In this document: in pieces, positions 12,679 through 25,996 of the stretch
Numbering within the stretch: the stretch's first letter is position 1
How the letters are laid out: each line of letters starts with the position of its first letter
Source of the DNA: Octopus vulgaris
Lineage: Eukaryota
DNA: 64,000 nt
Direction of reading: 5' to 3'
NCBI GenBank assembly: GCA_951406725.2
Contig: OX597833.1
Coordinates: forward strand, 49,538,001-49,602,000
Notes under the pieces: generated by a model
Databases searched by the model: none
The model's input: only the letters and a program-made list of their open reading frames with translations
Told to the model about the DNA's origin: nothing
Position numbers and translations under genes: made by a program

Positions 12679-12859
12679 ATTATGTCGACTATCATGCATG
12701 TTCCTTTTTGTATTCACCACAATAACGTCCCTAAGTCCATGTTGGTGTTATGCCCAGGGTGCCATATGTTTGCTTTCGTACATAATGTTGTTCTAGATAA
12801 TGCTCAAGAAAGCATAAGGAAATTATGTGTTTGTAAAAATACTGTCTGCTGACTCTTTC

Positions 12860-13008
12860 GCCACAACTTTCTGTCACTTTTTCCTCCTGCATCTCGCAGC
12901 TCACCTGCGACGGACCGGCGTCCCGTCTAGGTGGGGAACCTATACGCCAAGGAAACAGGGAAACCGGCCCCAATGAGCCAGGCGTGGCTCGAGAAGGAAC
13001 AAACAACA
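12860..13008 (+). mobile_element. 3' part of a SINE related to family E
   Basis: ctgcgacggaccggcgtcccgtc...gaaaccggccc...ggctcgagaagg matches the reverse complement of 26465-26555. Confidence 0.55.
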
Positions 13009-13014
13009 TATGTC

Positions 13015-13479
<465 letters not shown>

Positions 13480-13498
13480 ATCTATCTATCTATCTATC

Positions 13499-13958
13499 CC
13501 TCAACCGGGAAGGCAAGGTAGTCTTCATCGTACTGGTGGCTATGGTGAAAGAATGTGTGTGGTGGAATGTGTGAAAGGTGGGTGAATGTAGCAAAGATGG
13601 TGCGTGCGAGTGACGAAACCACTTTGAGCATGATCCTGTAAATCGTAAAAGAGAGAGAGAGAGCACTTTGCTCTCCTGTGTTTATTTTCCTCTCTGCTTG
13701 AGGTTACCGTGGTCTTTTCTGTGGGCTTTTCTTTCCACGAATGAATCTAATCTTGTTTGTTACTTTGAAAAAAAAATTTTTTGTTTCTGTGATACACGAT
13801 CCCTTTTGATCGCTTTTTTTTCTTCCGATCCCTTTTGATCGAAATTTTATATTTGTTTACTTTTTATTTCTTCTTCTTCCTTTTCCATCTCCGAAAAGAA
13901 AAGCTCTACATTTGTAATTGTCCCCTCTGTGTCAAGCCCTGTGTGGCCAATAAAGAAC
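13499..13958 (+). mobile_element. Probable L1/Tx1-like LINE 3' end (ORF2 C-terminus plus 3' UTR)
   Basis: LNREGKVVFIVLVAMVKECVWW, then in another frame ERWVNVAKMV..TLSMIL-stop. T-rich UTR ends tgtcccctctgtgtcaagccctgtgtggccaataaagaa. Confidence 0.5.
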
Positions 13959-13964
13959 GTTATA

Positions 13965-14040
<76 letters not shown>

Positions 14041-14559
14041 AATCTATCTATCTCGCCTAAATATACACACATATGTATGCACATATATATACATTTAAAT
14101 GTGCATATGCTGTCATTTGCTCTACTAAAAATAACAGATCAATTCCGAACTCCACTGCTCAGTCTAAAAATGGATACATCGGATAAAGTTATCCGGAGCA
14201 GACTTTCCATGGAACATAGACGGGATAGATATATCTGGAACGGCTCATAAATTCGTAGACACAGATAATGATCTGTGTCGGTAATAATCAATCTTTAGGA
14301 AAGCGATAGATAACTTTAGTGAAAGAGATAGATAACTTTAATCGCTGTGAGGAGTGTAGAATAATGCATTTAGTTAGTGTTCATTTGTTAAGTTATGACC
14401 ACAGTGATAGCATCGCTTTTTATCTTGCTTTCACTCTCTGGCGATGACTAATAGCGTGAGACGTTGGATTCTACTTTGCTTATGGGAGATTGTCGAACTG
14501 GCCTTTGATCGTAGATCTGTTTCACTGATGGCTGACATGGGTGGAAACAACAAAGACAA

Positions 14560-14573
14560 TGACGATGATGAAG

Positions 14574-14665
<92 letters not shown>

Positions 14666-14674
14666 AATAATAAA

Positions 14675-14767
<93 letters not shown>

Positions 14768-15170
14768 TATTATTATTATAATTATAATTATAACTATAAT
14801 TATAATAATAATAATAATGAGGAGGAGGAGGAGAAGATGAAGAAGAATGAGTTGAAGAAGAAAGTGATGAAGAAGAAGAAAGAGAAGAAGAAATAGAAGA
14901 AGAAGAAAGAGGCGAAGAAGAAGAAGAAAGAGAAGAAGTAGAAGAAGAAGAAAGAGGAGAAGAAGAAGAAAGAAAAAATAATAATAAGACGAAAAAGATG
15001 AAGAAGAAGAAAGAGATAAAGAAGAAGAAAAAGAAGAAGAAGAAGAAGAAGAAGAAGAAGAAGAAGAAGAAGAAGAAGAAGAAGAAGAAGAAGAAAGAGA
15101 TCAAGAAGAAGAAAGAGATCAAGAAGAAATAGAGGAAGAAGGTGATCAAGAAGAAGAGGACGAAGACATG
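14560..15170. repeat. Compound trinucleotide repeat (AAT)/(GAT)/(ATT)/(GAG)/(GAA)
   Basis: Directly visible. Confidence 0.97.
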
Positions 15171-15364
15171 ATAATCAACATTGGAAAGCAAGACTTAAAT
15201 AAATTCAGTGACAGATGAAAAATCTTAAAGAAAGATGAGGAGAGACGAAAATAAAGCCAGATTAACCATGAGAGATGGTCTTTCAGTTATTTAGTTGTAA
15301 GTGGGTGGGGTGAGAAAATTAGTTTAAAATTTTGGCGCAAAACAAGAAAATTGTGGAGAGCTGG

Positions 15365-15530
15365 TAAATCGATTACATCGATCCCAGTGCTTAGCTGGTA
15401 CTTATTTTATCGACCCCCATAAAGATTAAAGGCAAAGTCGAGCCCGGCGGAATTTGAACTCAGGAAGTAAAGTTGAAAATATACCGCTGGGAATTTTTGT
15501 GGTGCAGTAACGATTCTGCCAGGTTACAGA
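15365..15530 (-). mobile_element. SINE family B, diverged copy
   Basis: tcgattacatcgatcccagtgc..ggtacttattttatcgacccc..ggcaaagtcga..ggcggaatttgaactcag. Confidence 0.75.
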
Positions 15531-15802
15531 CTTTTAGGGGTGAGCAAATCTTGTAACAGGGTAGGTAGGATTTCGCTATGTAGTTTTACAACGCAGCAAC
15601 AATTACATGAATGACAGGTAAAGGATTGTGGTTGTGAGGAAGCGAGAAATAGAAGATAAACTATTCATTGAACCCTGCCTTCTTTTTCTTATAGGAAAAA
15701 TATTAATGTAAAAAAGATATGTAAATTTGTTATGTAGAGTTACAGGGGAAACTTTTACATCTAGACTCATGTTAAGAAGACTTAATATTGTCTAATAACT
15801 AA

Positions 15803-17275
15803 GATGGCAGACGAAATACAGCTCGGCGTGGTAACTTTTCTTATTTCCTTATTGTCCACAAGGGGCTAAACATAGAGGGGACAAACAAGGACAGACAAAG
15901 GGATTAAGTCGATTACATCGACGCTAGTGCGTAACTGGTAGTTATTTAATCGACCCCGAAAGGATGAAAGACAAAGTCGACATCGGCGGAATTTGAACTC
16001 AGAACATTAAGACAGATGAAATACTGCTAAGCATTTCGCTCGGCGTGCTAACGTTTCTTATTACTTTATTGCCGACAAGGGGCTAAACACAGAAGGGACA
16101 AACAAGGACAGACAAAGGGATTAAGTCGATTACATCGACCCCAGTGCGTAACTGGTACTTAATTTATCGACTGCGAAAGAATGAAAGGCTAAGGCGACCT
16201 CGGCGGAATTTGAACTCAGAACGTAAAGACAGACGAAATACCTATTTCTTTACTACCCACAAGGGGCTAAACACAGAGAGGACAAACAAGGACAGACAAA
16301 CAGATTAAATCGATTACATCGACCTCAGTGCGTAACTGGTACTTAATTTATCGACCCCGAGATGAAGAAAGGCAAAGTCGACATCGGCGGAATTTGAACT
16401 CAGAACGTAAAGACAGACGAAATACTGCTAAGCATTTCGCTCGGCGTGCTAAGTTTCTTATTACTTTATTGCCGACAAGGGGTTAAACACAGAAGGGACA
16501 AACAAAGGAAGGCAAAGGGATTAAGTCGATTACATCGACCCCAGTGCGTAACTGGTACTTAATTTATCGACCGCGAAAGAATGAAAGGCTAAGGCGACCT
16601 CGGCGGAATTTGAACTCAGAACATAAAGACAGACGAAATACCTATTTCTTTACTACCCACAAGGGGCTAAACACAGAGAGGACAAACAAGGACAGACAAA
16701 CGGATTGAATCGATTACATCGACCTCAGTGCGTAACTAGTACTTAATTTATCGACCCCGAAATGAAGAAAGGCAAAGTCGACATCGGCGGAATTTGAACT
16801 CAGAACGTAAAGACAGACGAAATACTGCTAAGCATTTCGCTCGGCGTGCTAAGTTTCTTATTACTTTATTGCCGACAAGGGGCTAAACACAGAAGGGACA
16901 AACAAAGGCAGGCAAAGGGATTAAGTCGATTACATCGACCCCAGTGCGTAACTGGTACTTAATTTATCGACCGCGAAAGAATGAAAGGCTAAGGCGACCT
17001 CGGCGGAATTTGAACTTAGAACATAAAGACAGACGAAATATCTATTTCTTTACTACCCACAAGGGGCTAAACACAGAGAGGACAAACAAGGACAGACAAA
17101 CGGATTGAATCGATTACATCGACCTCAGTGCGTAACTAGTACTTAATTTATCGACCCCGAAATGAAGAAAGGCAAAGTCGACATCGGCGGAATTTGAACT
17201 CAGAACGTAAAGACAGACGAAATACTGATAAGCATTTCGCTCGGCGTGCTAACGTTTCTGCCAACTCACCGCCTT
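15803..17275 (-). repeat. Tandem array of SINE family B with 400-bp higher-order dimer
   Basis: About seven units. Equivalent positions recur at 16081, 16481 and 16881; alternating long and short monomers have their own diagnostic bases. Confidence 0.92.
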
Positions 17276-17989
17276 TACTGCTAATATATATTACTGTTTA
17301 TTTTTAAATTTAGAAACAGATGATTACTATTGATAGCAGTAACAATATAAATATTCAAACGTAGGGAAAAATGCATAAAAGATTTCTCAAGAAATGCGAC
17401 CCAATTATAGATATGAAAAAAATATTGTGACTAATTTAAATATTTGAAATTTCAATTGATAATTAACTGATTTGCATATTTTATTAGATATTAAATTGTT
17501 TAATGTTCTAAAAAGATATAGTACAGCACCTGAAACCAGTATACCAAATTTAATTAGCGAGCTACTTAGAAAACTTGAGGTATTTCATTTACCCATATTA
17601 ATTATCATAGCAGAACTCGTTAGTTTTTGGCTATTTTCAGTTTTTGCAAAAAAACTATGTGTTCAAGAGTCTACTGTATAAATAATGAAAATTTCCTGAA
17701 GTATCATCACAAAAGTGTTTAGAAAAAACAATTATTATTAGCGATGGGAGCGGTATTTGTACCAAAGGGTAACCTTTATATCCAGCTAAACGTAGGCATC
17801 TTCTTAGAACCCGAATACTACAGTATTAACCTCGAGAGGTCGTCTCACATAGGCGCATGGTGCATAAAAGAATGGATATACATGGTAGCTGACAAGAATA
17901 ATCTGTTGTAGATTGAGGTTCATTAGATTGAAATGACATGAAAGAAGAGATAATAAAGTATTGGTGTTCCCAAAACGAAGGTGCGCTTG

Positions 17990-18178
<189 letters not shown>

Positions 18179-20329
18179 ATTAAACAATGTCTGCTTATAT
18201 TAAGATTTTAGTATATGATTTGCGGAAAATTTGATCGACACATTAAGCAGGTCGAATGTTTGATTCTGCAGATTCTGCTTCGTTTGCTTTTCATATGTAT
18301 ATCATATTGCTACAGAAAGCTGAAGAAATCCTTTCAAAATTAATATTAGGAAAGCTCCCTTTATATTTGGAAACGAGTTGACAATTTTTTTTTTTTTTTT
18401 TTTAGGAACGAACGACAAAAGCACACCATTTCACGCCAAATGGAATCTTAACCTTTTGGCAATTAGATATCAGGGGTAAAAATATAGCAAACAGAGTATA
18501 GGTTTCGATATAATAGACTGGACGCTTTGAAATCTGTGTGCTAAAATTGGAACAATCTGAAAATATTAAAAGAAGTCAAGGACAATAATATAACAGCGAT
18601 TTCCAGAAATTTATTCTGACAGAGAGAGCTGAAGAAGACCTTAAATAGAGAGGGTATATCATTAATGACATCACCGCTGGCGAAGAAAAACGTTTGGTAA
18701 ACCTAGCGGATTGTTTGATTGGCCGGTTAATCAAGCAATTGAATAGTTAATCAGTTAGCTAATTAACCGAATGACAAATAATTTATATAGCAACAGAACC
18801 AGTGCGTGTTATTACGATAAGCATAATGACCCTCCTAAGATATAACAAAATATATCTAAACACAGGTTTACTTCAAGAATCTTCCAAATTGAATGCAATT
18901 ATGAAATGTTCTAAGTGATATTGCCAAATATGTGCTTATAGCATATTCCCAATTCTTAATTTAGAACTTTGCTACCACATGGTTTTCCATATTCTACTAC
19001 AAATATTAAAGAGCTGGTAATAGAATCTTCAGTTCTATTGTACAGTCTACGTATCTGTTACAGAAAGCTTCATCTCAAATATCTGTCAGAAAGTTATTGT
19101 TTTTATTTCAACATAAACGAGATAACAATTCTTTGAAATCAATTAAAAGTCACTGGATTAGTTATTAATGTTGGCAAGTGACAAGTATAAAGAGAAAATA
19201 TTTCTTATTATCGAAATGTATAATATAAACACAAAAGAATATACGAGAACAAAAGCAAATATTTTACTAATTGATGTAAAATTTTCCCCAATGTTATTTT
19301 TATATTTTTATTATTATTATTATTCGACTATATGAATATGAGCCTGCATATATATGTGGGGAATTTTACATGTGAATGTACGCATAAGTCAGATTACGAG
19401 AGAAAATGATATGTGAAAAAAACTGCACTTCACTAAAAGCTTGTTCGTGTCAAAACCTGTAATGGAATGGTCGAGAAATTTGATGCTAATACATGTGCAG
19501 TGCAATATATTTTTTTACAGTCTGATGTAAATATGATATCAGAAAAAAGAATAAAATTATTTGTTGTAGCTGTTTTGTTAAACCATCATTTTAGATGTCA
19601 TCAAAGCAGATATCCTCCAGACAACATTTAATAAGGATAACAAAAGAATTATAAAAGAAATAAAACAAAACGTTAAATTCAAAACAAAACAAATGGTATT
19701 CACTATTGTTGGAATGAAATAGAATAGGATCTTTAAAAAAAAACAGAATTCTTTCAATAATGTATTTAGAAAAAGAAATATTTCTACAATATTTAAATAT
19801 CCCAAAGCGTAATGCAATAATTAGAAGAAAAACATACAAAGATAAATACGAAGGAAAGAATAATATGTCAACATATTTCAATAATTGGATAAAAAATAAA
19901 ACTATATAAATCTATTTTTTTAGACTCCCTCCGAAACATGTCATAGACTTGGTATGAAGATGCATCACATACAATAAGAACTGATGGAATAAGGATGTAT
20001 GTGGGTGTAGAGGACTATGCTTCCCAATTAATATAATTGGAGAATTTTTTTTTTCATGACATTTTATCATACAATTTAGGAATGTAGATTGTGATATACA
20101 GGAATTGTAGAAAAACATATTTGTGCCAACTTGGAAGAGATTTTGTTGGAATTAAATCAAAATTCAATTCCAAGAGAAGCATTCATTACAGTAAGCGTCT
20201 CTTTAAGTCTGCTAGTGGCAAACATTACGTATGTAAATATATTTTGGTTCCGAACGAAATAGATATTAAGATCATTCCCCTTCTTGTGTGCGTGTATATG
20301 TGTGTATGTATATATATTTTTTTATTTAT

Positions 20330-21495
20330 TTATCTAGTTTCAGCTCACAAGCTGTGGCCATGCTGGGGCACCGCCATTTGGTGTTGCTACATGATTTTAC
20401 TTCACGAATGCTTTTTAGCAATTGCCATTTGGTGCATGAGAGAGTTCGATGCAGCTTCCCTCATCTGCACCTCCTGCAGGATACCTGACAAGAAGAGATC
20501 CAGTTTCATTTTAAAGACATCTGCATCCACCCCATGCAGGTCTCTTAGGTTCTTCGGGAGGATATTGAAGAGCTGTGGGCCTCGGAAGCCCAGGCTATCA
20601 CAGTATCTTGTCCTACATCTTGATGGCAAATTTGGAGTCCTTAGCATTATGCAGTGGCGCCCAGTTCTGGCATTTGTGTAACTCTCGATGCCAAAGTTTG
20701 GGACAAGTCCTTCTAGGATCTTCCAGATGTATATTATGGCATACCTTTCTCGCCTACGCTCTAAGGAATAATCTCAATCTCTTGAGTCTTTCCCAATAGC
20801 TTATATGCTGCACAGAGGCTATCTTCTTCGTGTAGCTTCGTTGGATCGCCTCAAGTTCTGTGATTAACTTGACACTAGATGGTGACCATAGCTGAGAACA
20901 ATAGTCAAAGTGGCTTAGGACAAGTGTCCTTCAGAGGACCATCATGGTTTCCTGGTCTCTTGTTCTGAAGGTTCTAAGAATCCATCCGGTCAGCCGCCTA
21001 CATTTCATTGCCAATTTAGCACCATGCACATGAAAGTTGCATCATCACTCATGTAAATACCCAAGTCTCGCACTGATTGTGCCTCTGGGATTGCAGTCCC
21101 TCCAGGTCCAGTGTATTTATTGGGTATTGCATTTAGTTTTGCGTGCTGATAGCATAGAGCTCGAAACTTTTCAGCATTGAACTGCATGCTATTCTTTTCA
21201 GCCCACTTGTATATTTTGTCCAGCTCACATTGCAGGTGCTTAGTGTCTTCAGGGTTCGTATTGCCTGTGAAACTTTTGTATCATCTGCATAACTTGTGAT
21301 CGTGGCTCTCTGCGTGGCTGAGGGCATGTCTGAGAGGGCCATTATGAACAGTAGTGGTCCCAAAACAGTGCCTTGCGGAACACCGCTCTCTATTTGCGTG
21401 TTAGTGGAAGTGGCCCCATTGGCTACTACCACTTGACTTCTATCCTTCAGAAAGTCATGAAGCCACTCTCCCAATTTTCCAACTATGCCAAGATC
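20330..21495 (-). pseudogene. 5'-truncated CR1/L2-group LINE, RT C-terminal half plus 3' tail
   Basis: WLHDFLKDRSQ.V..NG, SGVPQGTVLGPLLF, SYADDTK, MQFNAEKF, VRDLGI.MS, GPQLFNILP..LR..FKMKLD.FL. Several frameshifts. Confidence 0.92.
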
Positions 21496-21705
21496 TATTC
21501 AAAGAAATTCCAACTCTGTCTGTTTTTTTAATGTTTTATTTATATTCTTTATAATATTAATGAAGTATTGGTTGACTTATTGAATAGATGAAATATTGAA
21601 TATAAAATATTAAGGGACTAGTATACTTTCTTGCATTAAAGCAGTCTTCAATGTCCCAGGTTGTGACAGGAGTGTTTCAACTATATATCTATATATATAT
21701 ACATA

Positions 21706-21747
<42 letters not shown>

Positions 21748-21990
21748 GAAAGAGAGAGAGGGAGTCGTTGTCGTAAGATTATGGTTTCGACCGTGTGAAG
21801 CGTTGTGTTCTTGAGAAAAACACTTCATTCCACATTGCTCCAATCGACTCAGCAGGCAAAAATGGGAAATCCTGCGACAGAAACCAGGAAATGTGCTGTA
21901 TAAGTATATATCATTAGAAAAGGATCTTTATATCTTACAAAGGTAGAAATTTCGATCATCCTCACGTGATTTGTTGTAATGCAAAAATAA

Positions 21991-22029
<39 letters not shown>

Positions 22030-22032
<3 letters not shown>

Positions 22033-22590
22033 AAATAAAATAAGGAAAATGCACACACTTTACATAGTTTTAATATATTTTTTAATGTATTTTATATTAT
22101 TTGTCGACCGGTTTCGCTTTCGTTAACCATGATATTGAAATTATTGTAATTTCGTAGTTTCTTAAGATTTTAGTCCATGTTGCGTGTGGAGAAATTTATG
22201 AATGAATGATTCAACAATGAGAAAAATCTAAGGGAAGTTAAGTAGCGATCATTATTATTGGGGACAGGGGATGTAGTTGTTCATTTTTGCGTGGAGGGGA
22301 TAAACAAATATACACAAGAACTCAAAAGTAGTGAGATGAAATATGTACAGTGATGGGTAAGTGATCATGAATTAAATTATATACTGAGATCAAAGTCGGT
22401 TATGCGTTCATATTTAAACGTGTTCTGTATTTTTTGATGAACAAATTTTCTTTATTTATTTGTATAGAAATTGTTTCTTTGTACTAGTAAATGGTGAAAA
22501 CTATGAAGTTTGGCTGGATATTACCTGCACATCTCTCTAAGTGTTCACTCAAAGGAATCTGTCAGTATTACGGGAAATACAGATATTTCA
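22030..22590 (-). mobile_element. Degenerate Penelope-like 3' end (GIY-YIG C-terminus plus terminal repeat)
   Basis: About 22415-22580 minus translates FP*Y*QIPLSEHLERCAGNIQPNFIVFTIY*..NKENLFIKKYRTRLN, homologous to FPEYRMIPFSEHIEKCA..NKETFFIEKYKPRLN. Decayed hammerhead-like motif at 22102-22134; ends at (TA)n. Confidence 0.8.
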
Positions 22591-23205
22591 AATGCACTTC
22601 AAATGTACCTCAAATTAATGTACTTTAAACTACTTTTACTTTATATTTGTACTTCCCCTTTTTAAGATGACGGGGTGTGAATTAACGAAGATTTTCATTT
22701 CACTTTGCAACAGGTCTAGCAGCTGCATATAGGTTTTCCAACGGATCGTAGTTGTATAGGTTTGGCAGGATTTTTTCACATATCCGAATATTCTTTTGGA
22801 TTTGCTCTTGCATTTGTCTATGTACCTTTATTCAAAGCAGAAAATTCGTGGTCAACCAATCTAACTGGGATCTGTGTATCTTGTATCTGAATAAATAAAA
22901 TTGGAACAGTTAGGATGGTTTAAATCGTAAGTGTTTAACTCAGCTAAATGTTAACAACATCAACAATCGAACAGAAAATGAAAAAATAACGATTGTAATA
23001 TACGTTAAAGCAAGCTTCAGAAGATCGCTGAAGGGATTTCTGAAAAGTTTTATTTTAGCCATGGTTTAGTGACATTCAGATGTTTTTAGATATAAGACAC
23101 GCAAATAAAGGAGAGAAGTAAGCAAATTATTAAAAAAAAGGTTTGCTGAAATTTTTGTATACATAAAATGTATTCACTTCATTAATTAGAATACATTACG
23201 ATTGA

Positions 23206-23985
23206 AGGCGTTGAGATAGCAGAAACGTTCGCACGCCGGGCGGAAAAGTTATTTCGTCTGCTGTTACGTTCTGAGTTCTAATTCCACCGAGATCTACTTT
23301 GCTTTTCATCCTTTCGGGGTCGATAAATTAAGTACCAGTTACGCACAGGGGTCGATGTAATCGACTTGATCCCTGTGTTTGTCCTTGTTTGTCCCCTCTG
23401 TGTTTAGCCCCTTGTGGGCAGTAAAGAAATAGGTATTTTGTCTGCCGTTACGTTCTGAGTTCAAATTCCACCTAGGTCGACTTTGCCTTTCATTCTTTCG
23501 GGGTCGATAAATTAAGTACCAGTTACGCACAGGGGTCGATGTAATCGACTTAATCCCTGTGTTTGTCCTTGTTTTTCCCCTCTGTGTTTAGCCCCTTGTG
23601 GGCAGTAAAGAAATAGGTATTTTGTCTGCCGTTATGTTCTGGGTTCAAATTCCACCGAGGTCGACGATGCCTTTCATTCTTTCGGGGTCGATAAATTAAG
23701 CATCAGTTACGCACTGGGGTCGTTATAATCGACTTAATCCGTTTGTCTGTCCTTGTTTGTCCCCTCTGTGTGCAGCCCCCTGTGGGTAGTAAAGAAATAG
23801 GTATTTCGTCTGCCGTTACGTTCTGAGTTCAAATTCCGCCGAGGTCAACTTTGCTTTTCATCTTTTCGGGGTCGATATATTAAGTACCAGTTGCGCACTG
23901 GGGTCGATGTAATCGACTTAATCTGTTTGCCTGTCCCTGTTTGTCCCTTCTATGTTTAGCTCCTTGTTTGCCATAAAGAAATAAG
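23206..23985 (+). repeat. SINE family B tandem array, about four units
   Basis: One head followed by roughly 180-bp units joined at aaagaaataggtatt. Confidence 0.88.
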
Positions 23986-25119
23986 AATACGTTACGATTA
24001 AAATTGTGGAAGAAAGCACAGCAGAGAGTAAAGAACATTTTGGTGGACAACGTCAAGACATAAGCTGTAATTCCATAAAAGCTGCAAATGGTGAACAAAC
24101 AATTCACAACAGACGGCTCCAGTGGTGTTTGAAATTTATCTTTGTAAAGGAATTGATTTGAAGCAACTATTTTCAAAGTTATATACTGGTATACTCTTCT
24201 GAAAAGTGATTTTAAGTATTTTTCAAGTTTCACTTTGTGACATTTAGAAAATTAAAACTTTTAATGAACGCTACTTGGCAACGATGCCTATCATTCAATT
24301 ACAATGCAACCGTAATAACGTATGTAATAGCTCTCTTTTCGGCCATTAAATTGTGAATTTCATCCTGCCAACAACTCATCGTTCTTCTCGTTTCTCTTTT
24401 CTCTCGTTTCAACTTTCTCTGATTGCTAAAACTCATGCACAAGTCGATTTGAATATGATAAAAAAAATAACAAACAAAACAAAATAAAAAAAACAAAAAA
24501 ACACATCTAATATAAATTGGTTCTCAGTGTCAAGTTTTCAATTAATACATGTGGTCTCATTTTCTAAATTAATGATATAAAAACCAATATAAACCAAAAC
24601 ATAATATTATCATTAGTAGACCAAAAAAAAAAAACAATCTCACCTAACAACCTGGTTTAATATTTTCTCTAGGTCCATTACTTTACACACGCAAATATAT
24701 AATTGTTCTACGTCATATAAAGAGTGTTAAGTATCAGTAATATTATCAAATCGATAAACGTTCTCCTTAGTTTTCTCGAGGTATATTCAATTTCCTGCTA
24801 ATGCATAATTTACGGCACACGCAACTTGTTTGTTTTTCCTCTCAGCATAACTCTCCAAAATATTTGAATTAATAAAAACTGATCAGGATAAATATATTTC
24901 CAACATGGTTTTATAACTTTTATTCTTGTTTTTTTTTTTTTAAATTTCGTATGTAAATTTTTATTTTATCTTAACACCTGGAGAAGAAGAATCAGTTCAT
25001 AAAAATCAATAAAGATATTGCACGTTTTCATCAGTTTTGTTAACTTAATAAACTGCTGTTCTGGTTGCATAATTCATTGTTGATACATTACAGTCAGAAT
25101 ATATATATATATTTTTTTT

Positions 25120-25504
25120 AGAAGCACTCCGTCGGTTACAACGATGAGGGTTCCGGTTGATCCGAATCAACGGAACAGCCTGCTCGTGAAATTAACGTGT
25201 AAGTGGCTGAGCACTCCACAGACACGTGCACCCTTAACGTAGTTCTCGGGGATATTCAGCGTGACACAGAGAGTGACAAGGCCGGCCCTTTCAAATACAG
25301 GTACAACAGAAACAGGAAGTAAGAGTGAGAGAAAGTTGTGGTGAAAGAGTACAGCAGGGATCACCACCATCCCCTGCCGGAGCCTCGTGGAGCTTTTTTA
25401 TGTGTTTTCGCTCAATAAACACTCACAACGCCCGGTCTGGGAATCGAAACCGCGATCCTATGACCGCGAATCCGCTGCCCTAACCACTGGGCCATTGCGT
25501 CTCC
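25120..25504 (-). mobile_element. tRNA-derived SINE, family C, with target-site duplication
   Basis: Head ggagacgcaatggcccagtggttagggcagcgga..ggtttcgattccc; TSD acagtcagaatat at 25090-25102 and 25505-25517. Confidence 0.9.
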
Positions 25505-25996
25505 ACAGTCAGAATATTATTCACTATAATAAATGCCTAAACGCAATAATATTGAGACGTCATGTCGGAGAAGTAAATGAACAGAAGTAGAAATTCTACT
25601 TTGTAAAGTAGAGAGATCTAACAAATCTATTCTTTTGCTACAGACATAGCTTCAAATTTAAACTAATAAAGCCAAATCGCTTCTCTACGACGTTCAAATG
25701 AGTTTTAAAGAAATTTGATGCCATAAATCTGTGTGAAAGAAGTATCCAAGCATTAAACTATTGGATTTTGAATAGCCACTAGTCTCTCCTTATACAAGAT
25801 CAACATTAAGTTTATGACTCATTGCGAGGCGTACAGATATCCTGAGTGACCAACATGAGATCGATCTGGACGGTGAAACTAACTCCATGTTTTCTATTAT
25901 ACTACGTTATTGACAAATAACAAGTTACAACATGTTTCTATTAGTTTATATTTCACAGTACGTTTCCTTTGGACAGAAAACACAGTTAATATTCTA

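Noticed and set aside
15803-17275. CRISPR-like regular array
   Set aside because: Units are 180-220 bp SINE copies with no unique spacers and no cas genes; eukaryotic context.
18406-18700. Strong polypyrimidine acceptor followed by coding-looking sequence
   Set aside because: All frames close quickly or lack recognisable motifs; cannot be supported without transcripts.
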